From NCBI GenBank assembly GCA_024137785.1, contig JAHRHZ010000155.1:736165-800164 (forward strand): DNA of 64,000 nt, read 5' to 3'. Shown here piece after piece: positions 10,190 through 22,899 of this stretch. A model generated the notes under the pieces. It did not search any database and had not been told where the DNA came from. It saw nothing but the letters and a program-made list of their open reading frames with translations. Both the position numbers and the translations under genes were made by a program. The DNA is from Ginglymostoma cirratum. Its lineage: Eukaryota. Position 1 is the first letter of the stretch, and each line of letters opens with the position of its first letter.

Positions 10190-12840
10190 AGAATCATGAA
10201 ATCATACAGTAGAGCCTTTTCGGCCCATCAAGTCTATACCAGTACCTGCTCTCGAACCACTTTAGTACACGAGGCCTATTCCCTTGAATGTATGGGTTCA
10301 TCCAAGTATGTTATAAATGTTTTGAGCTTCCAACCTCAACTACTCTCTCAGGCAGTGCATTCCAGAGTCCTGCCAACCTCTGGGTGAAAAAACGTTTTCC
10401 TCAAATCCCTCTAAACCTCTTGCCTTTCATCTTAGAAATGATGCCCCCTTTGTATTGACCCTTCAACTAAGGGGAACAGCTGCTTTCCATATCATCCTAT
10501 CCATGCACCCCTTAAACATTACCTCAATCAGGTTTCCCCCTCAACCTTCCCTGCTCCAAAGAAAACAACCTGAGCTTATCCAGCCTCTTTTCATTGCTGA
10601 AATGCTCCATCCCAGGCAACATCTTGGTGAATTGCCTTTGCACCCCTTCTAGAGCAACAGCACTGTATGATTGTATGAATGACTCCGGTACCATTTTAGA
10701 ATGTTGTGTTCAGAAGTAGATGTTCTCATGCTAAACTGGTGAAGTGATATCTGTCCACATGTGTAAAATCTATACAGGAAAGCTTATGGATGTAATATTT
10801 ATGTACTACATACATATGCAGAATTTGTACCTGTAAGAATTGTTTTCATGGAGGTGGCAAACTGATGGGGTGACACAAAGGACTGCATAACAGCGGAAGC
10901 ACTAGTCAGAATTAAGCAATCCTACAACCAATGGAACAGAATAAAGCTCTGCAGTCCAGCCACATCCAGCCATGAAAGTCAGAGGCAAATCAAACAACAA
11001 TTGGAGGGGGGAACTCCAGAAATACCCCATCCTCAGTGATGGGAGAGCCCAGTATATCTGTGCAAAGGGCAAGGCAAGTGACCCATCGTGGCCCTCTCCA
11101 GGGGTTCCCAGCATCACAGATGCCAGTCTTCAGCAAATTCAATTCACTCCACACAATGTGAAGAAATGGCTGAAGACACCAGATACATTCAAAGCTGACA
11201 GGCCTGAGAACAGTCAGGTAATTTTAATTGTGTGGTGACAAGAGCAGGTCAAAGGCTCAGAATGCTGCAACGAGGAACTCACCTGTTGACTCCTCAAAAT
11301 GTGTCCGTCATTCACAAGGCACAAGTCAGGAATGTGATGGAACACTCTCCACTTGCCTGGATGGGTGCAGTTCCAACAACAAGAAGCTCAACACCATCCA
11401 GTTCAAAGCAGTCGGCTTGATTGGCACTACGTCCACTCCATAGACGTTTGTTTTCTCCACCACATATGCTTAGCAAGAGCAGTGTACACTATTTACAAAC
11501 TTCAATACACAACTCATGAATGTTCCTTCGCAAGTACTCATGGGCACTTGGAAGGACAATGCATGGGAATGCAAGTTCTCCTCCAAGTCACAAACGGTGT
11601 TTTTGGAACTAATATTTGAAGGTTGGTATTAGGTAAACAAAATCTCCAGAGAGGTTAATGGGCCTGAAAGCTTTCAATGCCTAAGGCCTGATAATCTACA
11701 TCCAGGACACTCAATGCGTGGCCGTAGAAATAGTGGAGTAGAAATAGGAGATTGGAAATTGTCAAATGTGACACTGCTGCTTAACAAAGGAGGGAGGGAA
11801 AAAACATGGAATTACAAACTGTTTACCCTAACAGCAGTAATAGGGGAAGTACTGGAGACTGTGACGTACATACAGAACTGGCTCGAAGGTGGAAGAATGA
11901 GGGTAGTAGTGGAGGGTTGCTTTTCAGCCTGGAGGCCTGTGATCCGCAGGGTGCTACAAGGATCAGTGCTCAGTCCGCTGCTTTTCATTATTTACATTAA
12001 TAATTTGGATGTGAACGTACAAGGTATGGTTAGTAAGTTTGCAGAAGACAGCAAAATTGGAGGTCTACTGGGCAGCAAAGAAGTTTACCTCAGAGTACAA
12101 TGGGATCTTGGTCAGATGGGCCAATGGGCTGAGGAGTGGCAGATGAAGTTTAATTTAGACAAATGTGAGGTGCTGCATTTTGGAAAGGTGAATCAGGGCA
12201 GTATTTATACACTTAAGAAAAGATATATCTGCGGAGAAAGTTCTCAAGACTTGATTCCTGGGATGGTGGGTTTGTTGTTTGGGTTTGTATTCACCGGAGA
12301 AGAATGAGAAGAAATCTTATTCAAATGCATACAAATCTGGCACGTATAGACATATTGGATGCAGAGATGATATTTCAAGGGGTCAGGGACCCAGGTTATG
12401 GTCTAGGCTATATTGGGCTGAGTTATGAAGATATTTCTTAGATCAAAGGTGAACCTATGGCAGTTGTCTGCCACAGAAGGCTATGAAGCCAAGTTATGGA
12501 ATATGTTTAAGAAAAATATAGATTTCCAAAGGCTAAAGATGTCATGGTGTATGACGAGAGATTGGGAGTATGATGCTGAGATAGAGGGTCATCCAAAACC
12601 ATGTTGAATGGCAGAGCAGGTTTGATGGGCTGAATGGCCTACTCATAATCCTATTCTCTACGTTTTAGCACCATCCTCTGTTGGAACAATGTCACAATTC
12701 CTTCACTGTCACTGAGTCAAAATCTTGGATCTTGTTTCTAAACAGCACAATCGATTGACCCATAACCCCGCTGAACCACAGTCGCGTCAATAAGGTAGCT
12801 CATCACCATGTTCTCAAGGAGCAATTAGGGATGGTCAAGA
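10190..12840. mobile_element. Cluster of decayed CR1/L2-superfamily LINE fragments, both orientations
   Basis: e.g. 11714-12307 QGSVLSPLLFIIYINNLD..SKFAEDSKI..MKFNLDKCEVLHFG. Confidence 0.85.
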
Positions 12841-12911
12841 AATGCCAGTGCTAGCAGGAATACACACATTATATGAACTAATATGAGCTAATAAAGTCAG
12901 AATAGACTCAC

Positions 12912-13193
12912 ATTTAACAGCAATGGTTATGGAGCCCTTCACTGCCCCATGTTCATTCTCTGCCACACACTGATAGTCTCCAGTCTCCCTGTACGTAATG
13001 TGAGGAATCTTCAACCACAGCTCATTGTTGGAACTTGTTCGGTTCATTATGGCATTAAGATGTCTCCATGTCGGGTTAGAAGCTGGGAAGCTCTCGACAG
13101 AGCAGATTATCACAGCAGAATTCCCCTCAATTATATTGATTGATGAATCTTTAATTACATGAATTGAAGTGATCAGGAGATTCCATGGTGAGT
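12912..13193 (-). CDS. Siglec-like gene A, Ig C2-set exon (third Ig domain)
   Basis: Acceptor TTTATCTGCTTGTAG, donor T|GTGAGT, 282 nt, phase 1-1; YSPWNL..EGNSAVIICSVESFPASNPTW..TGDYQCVAENEHG..ITIAVK. Confidence 0.92.
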
Positions 13194-13479
13194 CTACAAG
13201 CAGATAAAGAATTCATTGTGAGCAACAAGTGCACAGTAAGACTCCCTGCTCATCTTTCTCCACTTCTGACACTATGCATTTGCAGTCACATTTCTACAAT
13301 CTAAGTTCTGTGTGACATTTCTGGTGGACACTGCCTGTGTAAATTGACAGGCCACATTTCACTTTCACACCGGTCAAGTAAGTAAAAAACAGAAAGAAAG
13401 TGTATTACACATCCTCAGGATGTTCCCATGGCAGTCAATGAGTTGTGTTTTGTTCATGGAATATTCAAGGAACTACGTG

Positions 13480-16190
13480 TGCCTGTGTGTATCGTCATTA
13501 GTAAGGAAATTCTAAGATTTTGCCCCAGTGACATTGAAGGAACAGCAAAATATTTCCAAGTCAGGATGGTGAGTGGCTTGGAGTGGAATTTGCAGGGGGT
13601 GGTATTCCCATGTATCTGCAGTCCCTGTCCTGTGTGGTAATGGGTTTGGAAGGTGCTATGTATGAACCTTCCCAGATTTCTGCAGTGCCTTTTGTCGATA
13701 GTACACACTGCTGCTATTGAGTATTTGTGGTGGAGGGAGTCATATTTTATGGAAACAATCTCTTCAGTACAACTCGTTTGTGCCAAACAGATATTCCAAT
13801 CTAACCTTGTCCCATTTGCCAGCATTTGCCCCATATCCCTTTAAAACCTTCCAATGTATGTACCATCCAGATGTTTTTCTTAAATGTTGTAATTGTGCCC
13901 ACCTCTGCCACTTCCTCTGGCAGCTCGTTCCATACTAACACCACCCTTTGTGAGAAAATCTTACCCCTCTAACCCTAACCCTAACCCTCAGGTCCTTCTC
14001 AAATCTTTCCCATTGTATCTTAAACCTATAGCCTCTAGTTTTGGGCTCCCAAATCCTATGGAAAAGACCTTAGCTATTGACCCTATCCATGGCCCTCATG
14101 ATCTTATAAACCTCCATATGGTCACCTCTCAGCCTCCAACACTCCAGGGAATAAAGCCCCAGCCAATTCAGCCTCTTCCTGTCTCTCAAATCCTCCAGTC
14201 CCAGCAACATCCTTATAAATCTTTTCTGCATCTTCTCAAGGTTAACAACATCCTTCCTATAGAAGGGTGACCAGAATTGTACAGAGTATTCTAAAAGTGG
14301 GGATTGTGGATATGGTGCCAATCAAGCAGCTGCTTTGTCCTGAATGGACAGCATTTTGAGTGTTGTTCCAGTTGCATCCATCCAGGCAAGTGGGGAGTAT
14401 TCCATCACACTCCTGACTTGCGCCTTATAGATGGTGGACAGATTTTGGGGAGACAGGAAGTGACTTACTCACAGCAGGATTCTGAACCTGTGACCTGCTC
14501 TTGGAGCCACTGTATTTACATGTTTGCTTCAGTTCATTTTCTGTTCAATGGTAAACCCAAAGAAGTTGATAGTGAATGATTCAGCAATACCACCAATTCA
14601 TGTCAAGGAATAATGATAGATTCTCCCTTGCTGGAGATGGTAATTGCCTGGCATTTGTATGGCACAAATGCCACTTAACAATTGTCAGACCAAGCCTAGA
14701 TTTTGTCCAAATCTTGTTACATTCATATATGGGCTGCTTCATAGAACATAGAACGGTACAGCACAGTACAGGCCCTTCGGCCCACGGTGTTGTGCCGAAC
14801 TTTTACCATAATCCTAAGGTCTATCTACCCCTACCTTATACTATCATCCATATGCCTATCTAACAGCCACTTACATGCACCTAATGAGGCTGACTTCACT
14901 ACCGTCTCTGGCAATGTGTTCCACGCCCCTGACACTCTCTGAGTAAAGAACATACCTCTGACGTCTCCCCTATATCTACCTCCACTCACTTTAAAACTAT
15001 GCCCCTCGTAATAGCTACCTCCACCCTAGGAAAAAGTCTCTGGCTGTCTACTCTACCTATGCCTCTGATCATTTTGTAGACCTCTATCAAGTCACCTCTC
15101 ATTCTTCATTGTTCTAAAGAGAAAAGCCCTAGCTCTCTCAACCTTTCCTCCTAAGACCTTAGGGTGGCACAATGGCTCAGTGGTTAACACTGCTGCCTCA
15201 CAATGCCAGAGACCCAGGTTCAATTCCACCCTCAGGCAACTGTCTGTGGTGTTTGCATGTTTTCCCCATGTCAGTGTGGGTTTCCTCTAGGTGCTCTGGT
15301 TTCCTCCCACAGCCCAAAGATGTGCAGGTTCAGGTGGATTGGCCAAGCTAAATTGTCAATAGTGTTCAGGGATTTGTAGATTAGGTTGGCTTTTGGGGGA
15401 TGAGTCTGGGCAGGATGCTCTGAGGATTGGTGTGGTCTTGTTGTGCCAAAGGGCCTGTTTCCCACACTTTAGGGCTTTTGTGATCTTCTATGACCTTCCC
15501 TCCATTCCAGGCAACATCCTGGTAAATCTCCTCTGCACATTTTCCAATGCTTCCACATCCTTCCTGTAATGAGGCAACCAGAACTGGACACGATACTCCA
15601 GATGTGGCTGAACCAGGTTTTTGTATAGCTGGAGCATAACTTCATGGTTCTTGAACTCAATCCCTCTATTAATGAAAGCTAACACACCATACGCCTTCTT
15701 AACAACTCTATCCACCCAGGTGGCAGCTTTCAGGGAACTGAGGACATGAACCCCAAGATCCCTCTGCTCCTCCACACTGCCAAGAATCTTTCCGTTAACC
15801 CTGTATTCTGCTTTAAAGTTTGTCCTTCCAAAATGAATCACCTCACAGTATCTGTGCAGCTGATTTTATGATGGAGGGAAAGTCATTGATGAACCAGCTG
15901 AAGATGGTTGCACCTAGGACACTTTCCTGAGGAACTCCTACAGAGATATCCTGAATAGAGATGACTGACCTGCAACCACAACCATCTTCACATGTGCCAA
16001 GTATGAATCCAACCAATGGGAAGTTTTCTGCTGATTCCTATTTATTCTTGTTTTGTTCAGGATTCTTGAGCCACCTTTGGCCAAGTGTACGCCCAATGTT
16101 AAAGGCAATCAGTCTCATCTCACCTCCAAAATTCAGCTTATTTGATCATTTTTGAGCCAAGGCTGCATGAGGTGAGGAACACAGTTGTCC
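13480..16190 (-). mobile_element. Nested CR1-type LINE fragments
   Basis: Minus-strand ORFs 14070-14321 and 15488-15841 ([40 protein letters not shown]); atagaac tail repeats at ~14740. Confidence 0.9.
15161..15480 (+). mobile_element. tRNA-derived SINE (HE1-like) inserted into CR1
   Basis: A box tggctcagtgg, B box ggttcaattcc; TSD-like cta(a/t)gacctt on both sides. Confidence 0.9.
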
Positions 16191-16582
16191 TGGTGTACAG
16201 CAGGACTCCACGCTCTTCTGTTTATTTAAGGTGTCATGCTGTATTTTCATTATCCCACCAGTGGAAATGCTCACCATCGAGGAAGAATGAAAGTGACTTT
16301 CACTTCCTCAGGTAGTCCCCAAACAGTTTGGCAGCCAAACAAATGTCTTTGATTGATGGAGTATCGAGGGATAAACCTACAATTCTCCAGAGAGGAGGCT
16401 GCTCATTTAGTACAGGTCCTCCTAATCTAGAATTTGCATTCCTTCAAAATTCAGAGATTCAGAGCTGGCACTGACTCCACTGTATGAATGACAGAGGACA
16501 GACAATTCACAAGTGGATATGTCTCTGTCTGTCTGTGTTCATGTGTACTTCTGAGGGAAATGTAGAAACTGTATATACTTAG

Positions 16583-16717
16583 ATTCCACATTGATAGTTA
16601 TGGAGCTCTCCACTGCTCCATGTTCATTCTTTCCCACGCATTGATAGTCTCCAGGTTCCCTGTACGTGATGTCAATGCGGCTTCCTTCATCATCAAGGCA
16701 CAAACTCCAGTTCAGCC
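16583..16717 (-). pseudogene. Degenerate half Ig C2 exon of gene A
   Basis: ITYREPGDYQCVGKNEHGAVESSITINVE is paralogous to the 3' half of exon 12912-13193; donor reads CTAAGT instead of GTAAGT; the 5' half is missing and abuts a minisatellite. Confidence 0.85.
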
Positions 16718-17190
16718 CTGAGGGAGTGCCACACTGTCAGAGGGTCAGTATTGAGGGAGTGTTGCACATAGTTGGAGGGTCAGTACTGAGGGAGCACCTC
16801 ATTGTTGAAGGGGTAGTACTGAGGGAGAGCCGCGCTGTCGGAGGGTCAGTACTGAGGGAGAGCCGTGCTGTTGAAGGTCAGTACTGAGGGAATGCTGTAC
16901 TGTTGGAGGGTCAGAACTGAGGCAGTGCAGCACACTTGGAGGATCAGTAATGAGGGAGTGCTGCACTGTTCAAGGCTCAATACTGAGGGAGTGCTGCACT
17001 GTTGGACAGTCAGTAATGAGGGAGTACTGCACTGTTGGACAGTCAGTAATGAGGGAGTACTGCACTGTTGGAGTGTTGGTATAAAGGGAGTGCCACACAG
17101 TCAGAGTGTCAGTAGTGAGCTGGTATTGCAGTGTTGAAGGATGAGTTCTGAGGGAGTGCTGTATTGCCAGACGGTCAGTACTGTGCAAGC
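16718..17190 (+). repeat. 33-bp minisatellite
   Basis: About 14 degenerate units. Confidence 0.95.
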
Positions 17191-17214
17191 GTTGCTCCTT
17201 CAGAGGGTACTTAC

Positions 17215-17508
17215 ATTGCATTGTCATCACGAAGGTCTGCTTTGAAGAAACTTTCGGATAACTCACTCCGCAGGTGAGAGTTTGTCCCTGGAGCCTGAGT
17301 GATGCTGTCAGGGCCAGAACAGAAGTATAGGTCAGAGTGACACCATGCTGAGTTACAGTGTTTGAGACTGATCCACGGACGGCAGTCGGAGTGTCCCAGG
17401 TTAAGGCAGGAGCAGTTCCATTGCACGTTGTGTTGAAGATGCAGCTTAGGTTCACACGCTTTCCTGCGATAATTTCCACAGGGACTATCGTGGGTTTATC
17501 TGTGAAAT
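17215..17508 (-). CDS. Siglec-like gene A, Ig C2-set exon (second Ig domain)
   Basis: Acceptor TCTTTGTGTTAG, donor T|GTAAGT, 294 nt, phase 1-1; DFTDKP..LSCIFNTTCNGTAPALTW..TSVLALT..QGQTLTCGVSY; extra Cys typical of Siglec domain 2. Confidence 0.93.
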
Positions 17509-18217
17509 CTAACACAAAGAGAATGGATCCTTTTAGATAAATAAAATGTGAATCATCAGTTCAAATAGAAATTACAGTCCCATGAAAGAAAGTACTTTTA
17601 CAAGCACTCATGGTATGAGATCAGAGGTTAAAATGATCAGGGAAGTCCTTTTAAAATGGATTGGAGATATAGACGGGAGTGAATAACCAAATAAAATTGA
17701 TGGACGCAGTCAATATATTTAATCATTGATATTAAAGCCTGTATTAGAGGATGCTTCAGGACTAAATTGAAAGCTACCGCCAGTTAATTGATAATCGCAC
17801 ACTGTGTTTTAATAAGCTGTGCTATCCATGGATTGCTGCTGTGGAGAGGCTCGCGGGTTCCATTGATCCGAGAGTGATGCCGTCAGGATTCTGAACTCCT
17901 GGCAGTGTCACCCATGACAGTATGGTCAGTGAGGAGTAACCAGACAAAGCACAGTCCAAAACTGTGCTGTCAATGGCGATTCAGGTGGGTATCAACATCT
18001 GTGTCGGCGGATGTAGGCTGCATCTGCTGCCACATTAACATGTGTCCTGTACATGGCATCTATCTGTAAGAATTCAACACATACCCGACGCAGAATTTCA
18101 TAGGAGTGCACTCACGCTCATTAACCAGTGATCGCCACAATACTAATAAACCGCGTTTGCTTTATTTCCCAGAGTGCTGGGTGTAAACTATTGAGTAACT
18201 ATAAGTCTGGCACTTAC

Positions 18218-18583
18218 CAGAAATGTGAAGCTGGGTTACAGGAAAGTAGCTGTAACTACTCACTTTGTCAAATTCTATTCTAAAGTGATAAGATCCTGCA
18301 TCTTCCCGCTTGATGGTGTTTATAATCAGGGAACAGTTTCCATTTTTCAGGTCTCCAGACAGCCGGGTCCGACTTTGGAACTGTTGGGACTCTTTCTCGT
18401 GATGGTTGGAGTGAAAAGCTATCAATGATGTTCCAGATTCTCCCTCTTTGTTCCAGATTCCAATTCGCGGTTGGTTTGCCAGATGTGAAGGATAACTGTA
18501 ATAACATGGAATCTGAGCACAGGAACTTTCCTGCGCTGTCACCTCACGTGGAGTGTGGTGTTTCCACTCTTGTGCCAGTCCAG
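18218..18583 (-). CDS. Siglec-like gene A, Ig V-set (sialic-acid-binding type) exon
   Basis: Acceptor TTTCTCTCCCCAG, donor G|GTAAGT, 366 nt, phase 1-1; QEW..SCAQIPC..RTRLSGD..NCSLII..EDAGSYHFRIE (Siglec Cys pattern, F-strand Arg). Confidence 0.95.
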
Positions 18584-18799
18584 CTGGGGAGAGAAATATC
18601 AGTATTTAGCACTGGATGGCCTGTAGATTCACTCGATATCCACCCCCTCCATCACTCATGCACAATGGCTGCAGTGTGGATGATCTACAGCATCCACAAG
18701 AATCTCCTCAGGGATACACAGCACATGGAGGGGAATCCTGGGCGCAGGGGTGGATACGTTCACTCCACATTGGCTCACTGTCCTCAGGACTCTGTTTAG

Positions 18800-21350
18800 T
18801 GAAGCCAGTCTTCCATCCAACTATTTACAATCTACATTAATGACTTGGATAGAAAGTACTCTTGCCAAATTTCAAATCACAGTCAAATAGGTGGGAAAGA
18901 AAGTTGCCATGAGAAATAAGAAATCTATGAACAGTTCTGAACAGATTAGGTGAATGAGACATGATTTGGTATAAGGAGATTAACATTGATTAATGAGGTT
19001 TTCATTAGAGGTGTAAAAAGGCAAGTTGTTATCTACATGGAGAGAAATTTCGGAGTACTTCAATGCAGAAGAATTTGGGTGTCCTTGTGCATGAATTGCA
19101 GAAAGTAGTATGAAGGTACAGCAGACAATATAAAAGATAAATTGAATGTTGGCATTTATTGTTAAAGGAATAAGGTTTCAAAGTAGAGAAAGCTGGGGGC
19201 TAACCCTGTAGAGGTTAGTAATATCATGAAAGGCATCAATAGAATGAATAGTTAAGGTCTTTTACCCAGGATAGTGGAGTCCAAAACTATTTAGCTTAGG
19301 TTTAAAGTGAGAGGTAAAAGAGATTTAAAAGGGATCTATGGGACAACTTCTTCACGCAGGGGTTGGTGCATGTAAGGAATGAGCTGCCAGAGAAGTTGGT
19401 GAAGGCTGGTAAAAGTATATCATTTAAAAAGCACCTGGATGGCTAAATGTACAGGAAGAGTTTAGAGGGATATGGGCCAAATGCTGACAAATTGGACTAG
19501 ATTAATTTAGGTTATCTTGTCAGCATGGACAAGTTGGACCAAAGGGTCTATTTCTGTGCTGTACATCTCTATGACTCTAAGTATTGCTGCAACAGTAAAA
19601 GGCATTAGTGACACCACACCTGGAGTATTGCACACAGTTTTGGTCCCCTTACTTGAGAGGGACACAGTTGAATTGGAGGCAGTTCAGAGGAGATTTAATA
19701 AATCGATTTCAGAGAAGAGAGATTTGCCTTATGAAGAGAGTTTGGGCAATTCAGGCCAATGCTCTGGAGTTTAGAAAAATGAGAGAAGGTCTAATTGAGG
19801 TCTATAAGATGCTGAAGGGGATTAGAGTCACAGGGGTATACAGCATGGAAACTGTCCTTTTCGCCAAACCCATCCTTACCAATTGGGTTTCCCAAACTGA
19901 ACTAATCCAATTTGCATGCATTAGTCCCATTTGTTCCCCTGACCTATGCCCCTCACGATTGTATAAACCTCTGCAACATCACCCCTCAGCGTTCTACACT
20001 CCAGGGGAAAAAAGTCCGAACTTATCTAGCCTCTCTTTATAACTCAAACCCTCTAGTCTTGTTAACGTTCTTTGCAGTTTAATAACATCCTTTCTGCTGT
20101 ACTCCAAATGTGGCCTTACCAATGTCTTGTACAGCTGTAATATGACATTCCAACTCTTGTGCTCAATGCTCTGACTGATGAATGCAAGCGTGCCAAACAC
20201 CTTCTTCACCGCTCTGTCTACCTGTAATGCTACTTTCAAGGAACTATGTACCTGCACCCCTAGGTCTTCCTGTTTCACAACACTCCCCCAGCCCTACCAT
20301 TGTGTATATCCTGCCCTGGTTTGTCTCACCAAATTACAACATTTTGCATTTATCTGAATTGAGCTCCATCTGCCATTCATCGGCCCACTGGCGCAGTTGA
20401 TCATCATACTCTTGGATAACCTTCTTCACCATCCACTATACCACCAATTTTGATGTCATCCACAAACCCATTAACTATGTCTCTTATGTTCTCATCCAAA
20501 TCATTATATAAATGACAACCAGCAGTGCATCCAGCACTGATCCCTGTGGCACTGATCCCTGCAGCACTGATCCCTGCAGCACTGATCCCTGCTTGTCATA
20601 GGCCTCCAGACTGAAAAACAACCCTTAATAGCATCCTCTGTCTCCATCTGTCAAGCCAAGTTGGTATCCAATTGACGAGTTCTCCCTGGATCCTATGTGA
20701 TCAGATAAGGGTTATCAGATTTCAGGCAGAGATGAAGAGAAATTACTTCTCTGAAAGGGTCATGAATCTGTGGAATTCACTACCCCAAATGGATTCCAGG
20801 ACACTGAATAAATTTAAAGCAGATATAGACAGATTTAAAATTAGCAATGTGTTGAAGAGTTATGGGGACCGGGCAAGAAAGTGGAGTTGAGGCTGAGATG
20901 AGATCAGCCATTATCATATCAAATGGCAGAGCAGGCTTGACAGCTGAATAGCTTAGCCCTGCTCCCAGTTTTTATGTATAATCATGACCTTAGTTCCACT
21001 TTCCTGCCTTTTCACTGTATCCTTGATTCCATTTTTGATCACAAAGCAATCTTACTCAGCCTTGAATATTTTCAATGACACAGCCTCGAAGACTAACTCG
21101 AGCCAAGGAGAAAAATTATTGACAGAGGTTCCTCTCCTGCCTTCAGGCCCCATCTACCCCTCCATATCAGCTCCACTTTTAATCCTTGGCAGCCTTTATT
21201 GTGCACTGTCTTGCTGCTATCCCTGCTAATAAGGTACCCTCTATAACTTAAGATTTTGATTTGCTGCCTAATCAAATATCTTCTTGAAATCCAAGTACAG
21301 TACAACTACTGCAATACATTGGTTAACCATGATTTCCCTTTCCTAAAACC
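18800..21350. mobile_element. Nested CR1-type LINE fragments
   Basis: PHLEYCTQFWSP (+, ~19610) and DLGVQVHSSLKV..LVRPHLEY (-, ~20000-20280). Confidence 0.85.
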
Positions 21351-21399
21351 ATGACGCTATTTGATTACTGTGAAGGCACAAATATAACATTACATCAGA

Positions 21400-21409
21400 N
21401 NNNNNNNNN
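21400..21409. other. Assembly gap
   Basis: 10 N. Confidence 1.
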
Positions 21410-21830
21410 AGACAGGAAGGAAACTAGCCATCAGAATAGATAAACATCAGCTAACAGCAAAGCGACGCAACAAACTTTCCTTAATATCAGTACGCTTGGA
21501 TAATGAAGGCCATCTGTTTAACTGGAACAACATGACCATAGTAGCCCAAGCCAAACATAGACACACATGGGAATTCCTAGAGGCATGGTTCTCAACCCAT
21601 AATGCAATCAACAAACATACAGAATTGGACCCCATATACAAACCCATACAGATCAAAACCAGAAATGACACTACTCACCATAATGGACCAGACAATATAA
21701 ATTTGAAGTGGAGTAGAACAACATTGCTTCATTGGAGGCCTCACTGATGATGGTTACCTAGCATGGTGATGAAACGTCCGGACGAAAATAAGCCAGCTTA
21801 GTGAGCAAGTCAACAACCTCACAGAACTAC
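21410..21830 (+). mobile_element. Penelope-like element GIY-YIG 3' end with degenerate hammerhead motif (21742-21780)
   Basis: TGRKLAIRIDKH..GHLFNWNN..EFLEAWFS..INKH; CTGATGA-tggttacc-tagcat-ggtgat-GAAA-CGTC. Confidence 0.85.
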
Positions 21831-22204
21831 AAAAATCTGGTTAACTTTTAATTGCTGTGGGTGAGCACTCAATGCTGGCCTAGCACATCCCATGACCAAA
21901 TAACAAGAAATATGATGAAACATTTCTGGAATTTGTTTGCCTAGTATCGATTTCATTTGAGATTGTAGTCTTACTGAGATCCTTCTTCCTTTCATCTCCT
22001 CATTTGTAGTTATTACTGGAATGCTTTTTTTATCTTTCGTGATGAAGCCAGAAAAAAAAGTTCATTTCATCTGCCATTTCCTTATTATGTCCCCTTAGCT
22101 CCCATTATCACTCTCCAGATTTACTCTTTTCCTTCGTAAATACATGTAGAAACTTGCTGTACATTTTTTTCACATTTCTAGCTAGCTTCCTCTTCTTCCT
22201 AATT

Positions 22205-22750
22205 AACATAGAACATAGAACAGTACAGCACAGTACAGGCCCTTTGGCCCACGATGTTGTGCCAAACTTTTACCCTAATCCTAAGGTCTATCTAACCTCC
22301 ACCCCTACTTTATACTATCATCCATATGCCTAACTAATAGCCGCTTAAATGCCCCTAATGAGGCCCTCTCCACTACCCTCTCCGGCAATGCATTCCATGC
22401 CCCTACCACTCTCTGAGTAAAGAACCTACCTCTGACGTCTCCCCTATATCTACCTCCACTCACTTTAAAACTATGCTTCCTCATAAGAGCTACCACCAAC
22501 CTAGGGAAAAGTCTCTGGCTGTCCACTCTATCTATACCTCTGATCATTTTGTACACCGCTATCAAGTCACCTCTCATCCTTCGTCATTCTAAAGAGAAAA
22601 ACCCTAGCTCTCTCAACCTTTCCTCATAAGACCTTCCCTCTATTCCAGGCAACATCCTGGTAAATCTCCTCTGCACCTTTTCCCACGCTTCCACATCTTT
22701 CCTGTAATGAGGCGACCAGAACTGGACACAATACTCTAGATGTGGCCGAA
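22205..22750 (-). mobile_element. Young CR1-type LINE 3' end
   Basis: MRGDLIAVYKMIRGIDRVD..FFTQRVVGAWNALP; (atagaac) tail. Confidence 0.92.
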
Positions 22751-22899
22751 CATTTTATCATTTCCGGCTGTTCTCCACATTCTCATCAAACATTCTGATC
22801 TGCCACTCATTTTTGTACAGGTGTACATTTTTTCCTTGAATATGACTGTGAGTTTCCCCCTTAGGTTATTTTTATAGTCAAAAAATATTCTGGAATATC

